Origin: Anaerolineales bacterium
Lineage (GTDB): Bacteria > Chloroflexota > Anaerolineae > Anaerolineales > UBA4823
DNA: 39,911 nt
Reading direction: 5' to 3'
Assembly: GCA_014859065.1 (NCBI GenBank)
Contig: JACUUU010000002.1
Location: forward strand, 1-39,911
Of the stretch, positions 18,682 through 28,650 are shown in pieces. Made by a program: the position numbers and the translations under genes. The notes under the pieces were generated by a model. It had not been told where the DNA came from, made no database searches, and worked only from the letters and a program-made list of their open reading frames with translations. Each line of letters begins with the position of its first letter. The stretch's first letter is position 1.

Positions 18682-19851
18682 TTACTCTTCCTTCTGCAGT
18701 GTCAGCGCGAGAATAGCCGCTGCCACAACCAGGAAACTATTCATCCGAAATACAGGTAATAATCCCCAAATATCCGCCAGATACCCTGCTAAGAGAGTTC
18801 CTAAAGCTCCGCTGGTAAAAATATATCCCAGGATCAAACCTGAGGCGAGAGCCATCCCTGCAGGGATATGGCGCTGCGCCAGGACAACGAAAATTGAATG
18901 TACCGAGCCAGTTAACCCACCAGCTAATGGCACAAGTAAGAATAACCACCACGAAAGTCCCACTTCAGCAATCAAGAAAAGAGGTATGCCTGCTAATATT
19001 AGTGCAGCAGAAGCTACTCTGCGCTTTCCGAAACGATCTGCCAGACTGCCCCCAACAATGTTCCCTAACGCTGATCCACCCATAAATGTTGCGGAAAGAA
19101 TTCCGTAAAAAGCAGCTGATTGTCCCATGTCACTCAAATATTTGGGCAAGAAAGTGATCATATTTTGTTGAACCCAAGCTTGGAAGAAAACCATAATAGC
19201 GAATGCGAACAGGAAAGGGGCTACTCTCCTCCTTCTTCCTTGGCGTGCTGTTTGTTTAGTTTTTTGGATAGTTTGGGTAACCCGCAATTCCAAACCCGGT
19301 CTTAATTGCCGAATTGTGTTCAACCCAATCGGAACAGCCAGCGCAGTGAATACCAGCAATCCTGCTGGACCAAACCGGTCTAACAAAGGTCCACCTGCCA
19401 AAGGGCCAACAAAAAGACCAACCTGACCAAAGACAAAGAAATATGCCGTGGCGGTGGTCTCGCGTCCTGAGAAATGATTTCGTCCGCTCAAAGTTGCCTG
19501 CATGGTCCCAGCCGGGTGAAAAGCTCCAGAACCCAAGCTGGCTAGGACCAAAAATCCTAGAGCTACATTTCCAGGAATAAAAAGCGCCAACGAGAAAAAT
19601 ACCCCCATCCACAAGATACCTCCAGCGACTACCCAACGTGAACTAAATTTATCCGCCAGGTAACCGAACAAAGGCTGAATGAGGGCTGCACTGACTATAT
19701 AAGCGGTGCTTACAAATCCTAAAACAGTATTGCTCAAACCCAAAGGGCCGCTAAGGTATGCCAGCAACACTGCCCGCGTTCCATTGATCGCATCTACGAT
19801 CAGGTGACCAAACGCCACAGATGAGAATAGGGCATCAAGAATAAGGGTCAT
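18682..19851 (-). CDS. MFS transporter
   Basis: 389 aa with about 12 TM segments and MFS-type loop motifs (GYLADKFSSRW, LADRFGKRR). Confidence 0.8.
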   Translation of the reverse strand: MTLILDALFSSVAFGHLIVDAINGTRAVLLAYLSGPLGLSNTVLGFVSTAYIVSAALIQPLFGYLADKFSSRWVVAGGILWMGVFFSLALFIPGNVALGFLVLASLGSGAFHPAGTMQATLSGRNHFSGRETTATAYFFVFGQVGLFVGPLAGGPLLDRFGPAGLLVFTALAVPIGLNTIRQLRPGLELRVTQTIQKTKQTARQGRRRRVAPFLFAFAIMVFFQAWVQQNMITFLPKYLSDMGQSAAFYGILSATFMGGSALGNIVGGSLADRFGKRRVASAALILAGIPLFLIAEVGLSWWLFLLVPLAGGLTGSVHSIFVVLAQRHIPAGMALASGLILGYIFTSGALGTLLAGYLADIWGLLPVFRMNSFLVVAAAILALTLQKEE

Positions 19852-19904
19852 AGGGGAATAAGCTTAAAATTATTATCTCGGTCACCGGTCAAGAATGAGT
19901 ATTA

Positions 19905-20525
19905 TTAAGATTTATACATTCCTCTCTCAAGGATCAGTTTGTTTACTGCTTCAGGGACAAAATAACGGAATGGCTTACCCTGTCGGATGGCATCTCGGAT
20001 TAATGATGCAGAAATGTCCAACAAGGGGGCTTCAACAAAAGTAACTTTTTGGGTTATACCCGGCAGCTGACATTCTAATGCAGCTAGGTCGATATTGTCT
20101 CCTGGACGGCGCATCACCCCCAACCCATGGCAAGATGCCAAAAACACGTTTGGTCGATCCCAGGTGGGCAGGTCTCTTAGCGAGTCACCACCCATCAAAT
20201 AGAATAATTCTGTATAAGGGTATTGTTTAGCTAATAGGTGCATTGTATCAGCAGCGTAATGTGGACCTGGGCGGTCAATCTCTACTCTTGAAAGCTTAAA
20301 TGCTGTATTCTCTGTGATGGCGGCATTAACCAAATCCAGACGATCCTCAAGACTCCCGTTCGATTTACCACCCTTATGGGGCGGGTTAGGGGTGAGCACC
20401 CACAAGATTAGATCTAAACCAAGCTGGTACTGAGCTTCAGAAGCCAGGATCAAATGCGCAACGTGCGGAGGATCGAATGTGCCTCCAAAAACCCCAATTT
20501 TCCTGGCTTCCGCTGGTAAGTCCAT
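19905..20525 (-). CDS. nadD: Nicotinate-nucleotide adenylyltransferase
   Basis: GVFGGTFDPPHVAHL (HxGH-type nucleotidyltransferase motif), ~200 aa, and the conserved obg-nadD linkage. Confidence 0.9.
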   Translation of the reverse strand: MDLPAEARKIGVFGGTFDPPHVAHLILASEAQYQLGLDLILWVLTPNPPHKGGKSNGSLEDRLDLVNAAITENTAFKLSRVEIDRPGPHYAADTMHLLAKQYPYTELFYLMGGDSLRDLPTWDRPNVFLASCHGLGVMRRPGDNIDLAALECQLPGITQKVTFVEAPLLDISASLIRDAIRQGKPFRYFVPEAVNKLILERGMYKS

Positions 20526-20534
20526 TAGATATGC

Positions 20535-21821
20535 TCAATCCTGCCATTCTAGTTCATAATCACTTATAAATACAGTATCCCCAGTCTGCACACCGCGTTC
20601 TCTCAACGCCTGATCGATACCTAATTTCACGAGAATATTGTGGAAGCGCCGGACCGATTGGTCGTATTCCCAATATGTCATGGCTGCAGCTCGCTCGATC
20701 GCTTCTCCTTGGATGCGCCATCCCTTTGGTGTACGCCTGATTTCAAACTCGTTAGGATCAGCTTCTGGGCGGTAAATTGGAATATTTTCGGAAATGGGTT
20801 CATGGTCAGCTTTAGCTTTCTCCTGCACCAATAATTCCGCCGCGCGATAAAGTAGGGGCCGGACATTCTTACCTGTTAACGCCGATATGGCTGTTACCGG
20901 AAAATGCTTGCCAACATCATTTTTTTCGAATATTACTTCAAGTTCGTTCCATCGACGTGCGACTTCTGGCAAATCGAGCTTATTCAAGGCAACCAGCTGT
21001 GGTTTTTTAACTAATTCAGGGTCGAATAAAGCCAGCTCGCTGTTCGTTTGTGTGTAGTCCGCTAGAGGATCTTCAGCCATTCCGTCCAGGAGATGGATGA
21101 GAACGCGAGTGCGTTGAATATGACGTAGAAAAGCATGACCCAGGCCAGCTCCTTTATGAGCATCCTCGATAAGTCCGGGAATATCAGCTAGAACTAGGGC
21201 GATATCATCCTCAAGGCTTACGACGCCCAGGTTTGGTTCTAATGTAGTAAACGGGTAGGCAGCAATTTTAGGTTTCGCTTGCGTGACCGCTGCTAAAAAT
21301 GTAGATTTCCCTGCATTGGGCACACCAATTATGCCAATATCAGCCAATAATTTGAGTTCTAGCCGTAAATTTCGAGTTTCACCTGGTTCTCCACGTTCAG
21401 CCACCCGTGGAGCTTGGTTTCTGGCTGTGGCAAAACGTGCATTGCCGCGCCCGCCTCGCCCTCCCTTGCATACTACCAGATGCTCCTTGTCTATCACCAA
21501 ATCGCCCAGCAGTTCATTTGTCTCGTCGTCATAAATCATAGTTCCCGGAGGAACATTTATCACCAACTCTTCAGCTGATTTTCCAGTCTTGTTATTACCT
21601 CCACCTATGGATCCATTCTCTGCTTTATAAATACGCTGAAATCGTAACTTCGTTAAAGTATTGAGGGTTGGCAAAACCTCGAGAACAACATCACCACCTT
21701 TTCCCCCATCTCCCCCATCTGGTCCGCCAAAAGGTACGTACTTTTCTCGACGGAAATGGACGATACCATCCCCGCCTTTTCCCGCTTCAACCTTGATTCT
21801 GGCCTCATCGATGAATGGCAT
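20535..21821 (-). CDS. obg: GTPase Obg/CgtA
   Basis: N-terminal Gly-rich Obg fold (GKGGDGIVHFRREKYVPFGGPDGGDGGKGGDV), G1 motif GVPNAGKST, and a C-terminal OCT-like domain. Confidence 0.95.
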   Translation of the reverse strand: MPFIDEARIKVEAGKGGDGIVHFRREKYVPFGGPDGGDGGKGGDVVLEVLPTLNTLTKLRFQRIYKAENGSIGGGNNKTGKSAEELVINVPPGTMIYDDETNELLGDLVIDKEHLVVCKGGRGGRGNARFATARNQAPRVAERGEPGETRNLRLELKLLADIGIIGVPNAGKSTFLAAVTQAKPKIAAYPFTTLEPNLGVVSLEDDIALVLADIPGLIEDAHKGAGLGHAFLRHIQRTRVLIHLLDGMAEDPLADYTQTNSELALFDPELVKKPQLVALNKLDLPEVARRWNELEVIFEKNDVGKHFPVTAISALTGKNVRPLLYRAAELLVQEKAKADHEPISENIPIYRPEADPNEFEIRRTPKGWRIQGEAIERAAAMTYWEYDQSVRRFHNILVKLGIDQALRERGVQTGDTVFISDYELEWQD

Positions 21822-21916
21822 AGTTAAACCAAAATGATAATCATAGAAAATTTGCTTGATTCTTCTTTCCCCGATCGATTATACCATCCCTCATCTTTAG
21901 CTGATTTGTCCCATTC

Positions 21917-21934
21917 TTGTGGTAGATTGCACAA
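21917..21934. promoter_or_regulatory. Rex-box-like palindrome 1 (TTGTGGTAGATTGCACAA)
   Basis: This 18-bp site matches the outer arms TTGTG-N8-CACAA of the Rex operator consensus TTGTGAA-N4-TTCACAA. It lies in the obg/rex divergent intergenic region. Confidence 0.6.
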
Positions 21935-21943
21935 TTTATAATT

Positions 21944-21961
21944 TTGTGGTAAATTGCACCC
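21944..21961. promoter_or_regulatory. Rex-box-like palindrome 2 (TTGTGGTAAATTGCACCC)
   Basis: A second copy 27 bp downstream. The left arm and centre are nearly identical to box 1, and the right arm is degenerate (CACCC). Confidence 0.45.
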
Positions 21962-22047
21962 AGAAATCCGCCAGATAAACATGACAATTTTATAAAACTC
22001 TCCACTAACCAAGAAATCTTACTTTTTAGCCAAAAGGAGTGAACAGA

Positions 22048-22662
22048 ATGAATGGATCAATCCCCAATATCGTCATAGGTCGCTTGCCTATCTATCTACG
22101 AGAATTACAGCGTATGGCTGAGGAAGGACGCCATATCACTTCTTCATTAGAACTGGGTGAACGGTTAGGTATTTCAGCCGCTCAAATCCGCAAAGACCTT
22201 TCCCAATTTGGTGAGTTTGGTAAACAAGGAACCGGTTATTCCATCGAATTCTTGATGGACAACATTTGCAAAATATTGAAAGTCGATCGTGTGTGGGACA
22301 TGGTAGTGGTTGGTGCAGGCGACATTGGCAGCGCGATTGCCCGCTATCAAGGTTTTACCAATCGAGGATTTCGAGTTGGTTACATTTTCGATATTGATCC
22401 CAAAATCATTGGGACCAAAGTGGGCGAATTTATCATTCAAGATTTTAATTCGCTAGTAGAAATCCTTCGCAAGAATCACATAAAGATTGGAATGATTGCG
22501 GTGCCTGGTTGGGCTGCGCAGGAGGTTGCTGATCGCCTGGTTGAAGGAGGTGTTTCTGCAATTCTTAATTATGCCCCGATTAATCTTAACGTTCCTTCAA
22601 ATGTCAGGCTGCAATATATTGACCCAGTAATTCACCTACAACGGATGACTTATTACTTGTAA
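22048..22662 (+). CDS. rex: Redox-sensing transcriptional repressor Rex
   Basis: RLPIYLR...ISS.ELGE.LGISAAQIRKDLS.FGEFGKQGTGY winged-helix motif plus a Rossmann GAGDIGSA motif. I prefer the ATG at 22048 (AGGAG 8 nt upstream) over the GTG at 22039. Confidence 0.9.
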   Translation: MNGSIPNIVIGRLPIYLRELQRMAEEGRHITSSLELGERLGISAAQIRKDLSQFGEFGKQGTGYSIEFLMDNICKILKVDRVWDMVVVGAGDIGSAIARYQGFTNRGFRVGYIFDIDPKIIGTKVGEFIIQDFNSLVEILRKNHIKIGMIAVPGWAAQEVADRLVEGGVSAILNYAPINLNVPSNVRLQYIDPVIHLQRMTYYL

Positions 22663-22775
22663 ACCTTAGGTCTTATAATCAACAATCAAGTTGAGCTGGT
22701 TTTTTATTTCTTACAAACCAGTGAACTGTCCAAAGAATTTTACCAAAAGATCTATTCACAACTCCAGAGGCGGTT

Positions 22776-24764
22776 ATGGATACAGCGACTCGCACCAATC
22801 AACGTATACTCTCGAACAGCATCCTGTTTGCTATCTTATATCTATTCTTCTTCCAAATTCTTGCAGATTTTATGGAAGCAGTTTACGCATATGGATTATT
22901 AGGGACAGGCATCCCCACAGAAATTGTCAGTGTGCTGTTTCTGTTCTCCCCCCTGGTCTTGCTATTCTTTAAAAATGGATTTTCAAATCTAACGTTGCTG
23001 TTCTTTGCAGGGCTATTCTTGCTCGCCAGGCTTCTAGAAGCCATGCTCGACATCCGGGGTCAAATGTTGGTGGCAGGAGTTGGGGTTGCCAGTTTCCTGA
23101 TACTTTTTCCAGCAATTATCTACCGTTTTAGTCATAATCGAAATCCATTTAGAGAGGTTGGCTTGGGTATCGGTCTGATCATAGCAGTAGCTTTGTCTAT
23201 CTTGTTCCGTGTGTTAAATTCTGGCACAGATATCAGCACGACAGGTTGGTTTCAAATTATTGGTTGGATATTAGCTGGTGTCGCTTTTGTACTATTAGCG
23301 CTTGAGCTCCTTTCCCAGAATGAAGTTAAAGAAACTGGCATACGGGGGATGCATGCCAGTTTCGGAAAATCTACCGGTTTAATTTTAGGGATTGTGGCTT
23401 CATTTACATTGCTTTATTTCTCGTTTACAGCACCAAATGTCATCTCGCGGTGGACTGAGTTTAATTATCTCCTGTTGGTTGTTCTGATTGTTCTTAGCTT
23501 GAGCGGTTTTGCTTATATTTTGGCATTCAGGAAATCAATAACAGAAGTTCTAAGGCCGTCAATCGTCATGATATGGAATTTACTCTTCCTGATATTCCTG
23601 ATCCTTAGCATAATCCCCCACCAAATCCGCTTCCCTTTGGATCCTGCGGTATACCCAATTTTTGAACCCCAATTACCCCAGCTTGCTATTCTTCCCGTGA
23701 TCTTGATGCTGCTCTCATTCCCTGTCATCTTCGTCAATTTCATCGTCTTCATCCGTGAGCTCATTGCTCTGAAACCAAGCTTCCGAGATTTAGGAGGTGG
23801 TTTCTTAATTGGATCGCTCTTTCTTCTAATTATGATCTTCGCTCACGTCTTCACGACAGTATATGATTATATTCCTCTGGTTGGCCCATTTTTCCGGGAC
23901 AAATTTTGGCTAGTATATTTGACAGTAGGCATTGTGATGGTATTACCGCTTTTATTGGCACAGGAACGTGCTTTTACGTTTACATCACCGCCAATCCCAG
24001 GTGAATTTGTAAAAACCATTGCTTTAATTGGTGCGTTTTCCATAGTCGGAGTTTTCCTAACGATGGCGAAGCCCTTCCCTCCAGCAGATCAATCCAGACC
24101 ATTGAGAGTACTCACCTATAATATTCAACAGGGTTTTAGCGATTTTGGAGAAAAAAATTTTGATGGTCAGCTAGAGCTAATCAAAGAGATAGATGCAGAC
24201 TTGATCGGACTGCAGGAATCAGACAATAACCGTATTTCAGGCGGGAACTCAGATATCGTTCGTTACTTTGCCGATAACTTGCACATGTATTCCTATTATG
24301 GACCCAAACCCGTAACTGGGACTTTTGGGATCGCTCTACTCTCCCGCTACCCGATCGAAAATCCAAAAACTTTCTACATGTTCAGTGAAGGAGAACAAAC
24401 CGCAACTATCCACGCACAAATAACAGTTGCTGATAAAACCTACAACGTTTTTGTCACCCATCTTGGGAATGGTGGCCCAATAATCCAGCAAGAGGCAATC
24501 CTGGAAGAAGTGGAAGGAAAGAATAACCTCATCCTTATGGGTGATTTTAACTTTCGACCAGACACCTCCCAATACCAATTAACCCTAGATTACCTTCAGG
24601 ATGCCTGGTTAATGAGATGGCCAGACGGAATCGATGATCAAGATATAAATCCGATCAATCGGATTGACCATTTCTTTGTTTCGTCTGAAATCCAGGTGAT
24701 AGATGTCCGCTACATCTTCAGCCCAGCGTCGGATCACCCAGCTGTTTGGGCTGATATGAGGTAG
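22776..24764 (+). CDS. Polytopic membrane protein fused to a C-terminal endonuclease/exonuclease/phosphatase (EEP) domain
   Basis: About 440 aa with roughly 11-12 TM segments, followed by an EEP-like domain (LRVLTYNIQQGF...DLIGLQE...THL...GDFN...DH). Confidence 0.7.
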   Translation: MDTATRTNQRILSNSILFAILYLFFFQILADFMEAVYAYGLLGTGIPTEIVSVLFLFSPLVLLFFKNGFSNLTLLFFAGLFLLARLLEAMLDIRGQMLVAGVGVASFLILFPAIIYRFSHNRNPFREVGLGIGLIIAVALSILFRVLNSGTDISTTGWFQIIGWILAGVAFVLLALELLSQNEVKETGIRGMHASFGKSTGLILGIVASFTLLYFSFTAPNVISRWTEFNYLLLVVLIVLSLSGFAYILAFRKSITEVLRPSIVMIWNLLFLIFLILSIIPHQIRFPLDPAVYPIFEPQLPQLAILPVILMLLSFPVIFVNFIVFIRELIALKPSFRDLGGGFLIGSLFLLIMIFAHVFTTVYDYIPLVGPFFRDKFWLVYLTVGIVMVLPLLLAQERAFTFTSPPIPGEFVKTIALIGAFSIVGVFLTMAKPFPPADQSRPLRVLTYNIQQGFSDFGEKNFDGQLELIKEIDADLIGLQESDNNRISGGNSDIVRYFADNLHMYSYYGPKPVTGTFGIALLSRYPIENPKTFYMFSEGEQTATIHAQITVADKTYNVFVTHLGNGGPIIQQEAILEEVEGKNNLILMGDFNFRPDTSQYQLTLDYLQDAWLMRWPDGIDDQDINPINRIDHFFVSSEIQVIDVRYIFSPASDHPAVWADMR

Positions 24765-24773
24765 TATGGAAAA

Positions 24774-25787
24774 TTAAGTCACAGGAATATTTCGTTTTAT
24801 TTTTGCATAGATACCTGGATCTAAAGCTAAGGCAGCACCTTCTGCTGTGCAGGTCAACGGGTTATCCACCAAGTAAGCGGGTACGCCTAACTCTTTCGTC
24901 ATAAACTTATCAATCCCCCGTAGTAAAGCTCCGCCACCACACAGCGCAACTCCACGGTCGATTATATCGGAGACCAGTTCAGGCGGCGTTTTTTCAAGGA
25001 CTCGGCGAGTCGTCTCCACAATAGATCCCAGTGGTTCTTGGAGTGCTTCTACCACATCGTCAGTAGTCAAGCTCAAGGGACGGGGTAGTCCGCTGATTTG
25101 ATCTTGACCTTGAATTTCTATGATACTCTCTTCCTCTTGAGGGACAGCAGCGCCGATCCTCAACTTTACTTGCTCTGCAGTACTCTGTCCAATAATCAGA
25201 CCAAACTTCTTCCTGACATATGAGCTTATCGCCTCATCCAGAAACATGCCCCCAGCGCGCATAAATGCGGCGCAAACAATGCCGTGCATCGCTAAAACAG
25301 CTGCCTGGGTTGTACCTCCACCAATACTTACCAGCATATTCCCGGATGGGGTTCCAATTGGGAGATCGATTCCCAAAGCGGCTGCCAGTGGTTGCTGCAA
25401 CAAAAAAGCTTCTCGAGCTCCCGCGTGTAATACTGCCTCATGCACTGCCCTGCTCTCTACGCTGGTTACACCATAAGGGACAGTGATCATCACCCGTGGT
25501 CGGAAAAAACGCATCGGACCGCTGACTTTTTTAATCATGTACTCGAGAAGTTTCTCGGTTACTTCATAATCAGCGATTACTCCATTCTGTAGCGGTCGGG
25601 AAACTTCTATCGTATCCGGCACACGCCCAAACATTTCCTGAGCTGCTCGACCGATCTCCACGATTTTCTGCTCGTAAATGGCGATAGCAACAACTGTGGG
25701 TTCTTCGAGAACAATCAGGTTTCCTGCAGCAATCCTGGTTGAAAGCGTGCCCAGGTCAATACCCAGATCTTTGGTGAACAATGCCAT
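24774..25787 (-). CDS. mreB: Rod shape-determining actin homolog MreB
   Basis: 337 aa with actin-fold phosphate motifs DLGIDLGT and SIGGGTTQ, and overall MreB-like sequence. Confidence 0.9.
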   Translation of the reverse strand: MALFTKDLGIDLGTLSTRIAAGNLIVLEEPTVVAIAIYEQKIVEIGRAAQEMFGRVPDTIEVSRPLQNGVIADYEVTEKLLEYMIKKVSGPMRFFRPRVMITVPYGVTSVESRAVHEAVLHAGAREAFLLQQPLAAALGIDLPIGTPSGNMLVSIGGGTTQAAVLAMHGIVCAAFMRAGGMFLDEAISSYVRKKFGLIIGQSTAEQVKLRIGAAVPQEEESIIEIQGQDQISGLPRPLSLTTDDVVEALQEPLGSIVETTRRVLEKTPPELVSDIIDRGVALCGGGALLRGIDKFMTKELGVPAYLVDNPLTCTAEGAALALDPGIYAKIKRNIPVT

Positions 25788-25790
25788 TAG

Positions 25791-26243
25791 TTAACCCGTC
25801 TCCCCCTCGCCCATGCCAGGTCGGCCTCTGCCACGACCGCGGTAACGCCGGGCAGCTTCAAGCCTCAGGTTAGAACGCCGTAATGCTGCTTCCATTTTCA
25901 TATAGGTATCACTGTCAGGTGGTGGGCCCTTTTTGAGCATCTCCTCAGCGCGTTGCCGGGCGGCTTCTGCGCGAGCAATATCGATTTCCTTAACATTCTC
26001 TGCAACATCAGCTAAAACCGTGACCAACCTCGGCTGAACCTCAACGATTCCACCTGCTACCGTGAATACCTCTTCCTTGCCCTCACGGCGAACTTTCAAA
26101 ATCCCGTATCTCAAAGTGGATAACAAAGGCGAGTGGTTGGGCAAGATACCCATATCACCATTCACACCTGGAACGACAACAATGTCGGCATCACCTTCAA
26201 ATACTGTTCGGTCCTGGGAGACTATCTCACAACGAATTGGCAC
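25791..26243 (-). CDS. atpC: F-type ATP synthase subunit epsilon (with Arg/Gly-rich C-terminal tail)
   Basis: GTG start. The N-terminal beta-sandwich sequence (EIVSQDRTVFEGDADIVVVPGVNGDMGILPNHSPLLS) and the position after atpD support the call. Confidence 0.9.
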   Translation of the reverse strand: MPIRCEIVSQDRTVFEGDADIVVVPGVNGDMGILPNHSPLLSTLRYGILKVRREGKEEVFTVAGGIVEVQPRLVTVLADVAENVKEIDIARAEAARQRAEEMLKKGPPPDSDTYMKMEAALRRSNLRLEAARRYRGRGRGRPGMGEGETG

Positions 26244-26274
26244 TTCTCACCTTCACTTCTTCAACTGCACCGTA

Positions 26275-27687
<1,413 letters not shown>

Positions 27688-27734
27688 TCATTCCTCCAAC
27701 TTTTTAAAAATCCAAATATTGCATAGAACTAAGG

Positions 27735-28622
27735 TCAAGATATTGCTTCTGATCCACCTACAATATCAATCATCTCATTCGTAATAGCTTGCTGCCTGGC
27801 TTTGTTGTATTCCAATGTGAGGCCAGCTGCCAAATCAGTTGCGCTATCTGTTGCGTTTTTCATCGCTACCATTCGAGCTGCATGTTCACTTGCCAATGAT
27901 TCCAAAATTGCGTGATAAACCTGCAACGCTGTAAATCTGGGTACGATTTCATCTAGAATTTCTGCTTCATTCGGCTCGTAAATGTAGGAGGCCGCCATCG
28001 CCTCTTTTGCCCTTCCGAATTCCACAACCCGACTAGCATCTTCATCGAATTCCAAAGGTAGTAGTTTCTTTATTGCCGGCACCTGTTTGAGCATGCTGAT
28101 AAAATCTGTATATACCAGATATACCTCATCGGACTTCTCGGTCAGAAATTCATCCACTGCTAAATTGCCAATCGCTGAAACGTCTCCATAACTAGGGTCC
28201 GGGGGTAAATTGCTGAATTCCGCGATGACATCCTGCCTCAAACGCAGTAAATAATCCCGACCTTTTTTCCCCACTGAAATAAACTTCACCGGGACTGGAT
28301 AATCAGCAAATTGCCGCATTGCAAAACGAACGATGTTTGCATTATATGCACCTGCCAGGCCACGGTCACCAGTTATTAAAACGACCAGCACACGCCGAAT
28401 ATCTGGCCTGATCGTCAACAATGGGTGTGAAGTATCGCGGACTGGTTGAGCAGCGATATGGTTCAAGACCTGCCAGGCTTTAGTGGCGTAAGGGCGGGTC
28501 AACATGACCGCTTGCTGAGCTTTACGAGCTTTACTGGCACTAACTGCCTGCAAAGCCCGGGTAACTTGGGCTATGTTCTTTACACTTCTAATTCTGAGTT
28601 GGACTTCGCGAGGTGTAGCCAT
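27735..28622 (-). CDS. atpG: F-type ATP synthase subunit gamma
   Basis: N-terminal RIRSVKNIAQVTRALQ.VSASK and C-terminal ITNEMIDIVGG motifs. Located between atpA and atpD. Confidence 0.95.
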   Translation of the reverse strand: MATPREVQLRIRSVKNIAQVTRALQAVSASKARKAQQAVMLTRPYATKAWQVLNHIAAQPVRDTSHPLLTIRPDIRRVLVVLITGDRGLAGAYNANIVRFAMRQFADYPVPVKFISVGKKGRDYLLRLRQDVIAEFSNLPPDPSYGDVSAIGNLAVDEFLTEKSDEVYLVYTDFISMLKQVPAIKKLLPLEFDEDASRVVEFGRAKEAMAASYIYEPNEAEILDEIVPRFTALQVYHAILESLASEHAARMVAMKNATDSATDLAAGLTLEYNKARQQAITNEMIDIVGGSEAIS

Positions 28623-28650
28623 TAATTATTTTCGATCCATACTTTCGGGC

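Noticed and set aside
24765-24773. Only 9 nt separate the convergent stop codons of the EEP-fusion gene and mreB, with no room for terminators.
   Set aside because: This is real but common in compact genomes. There is no further structure to interpret.
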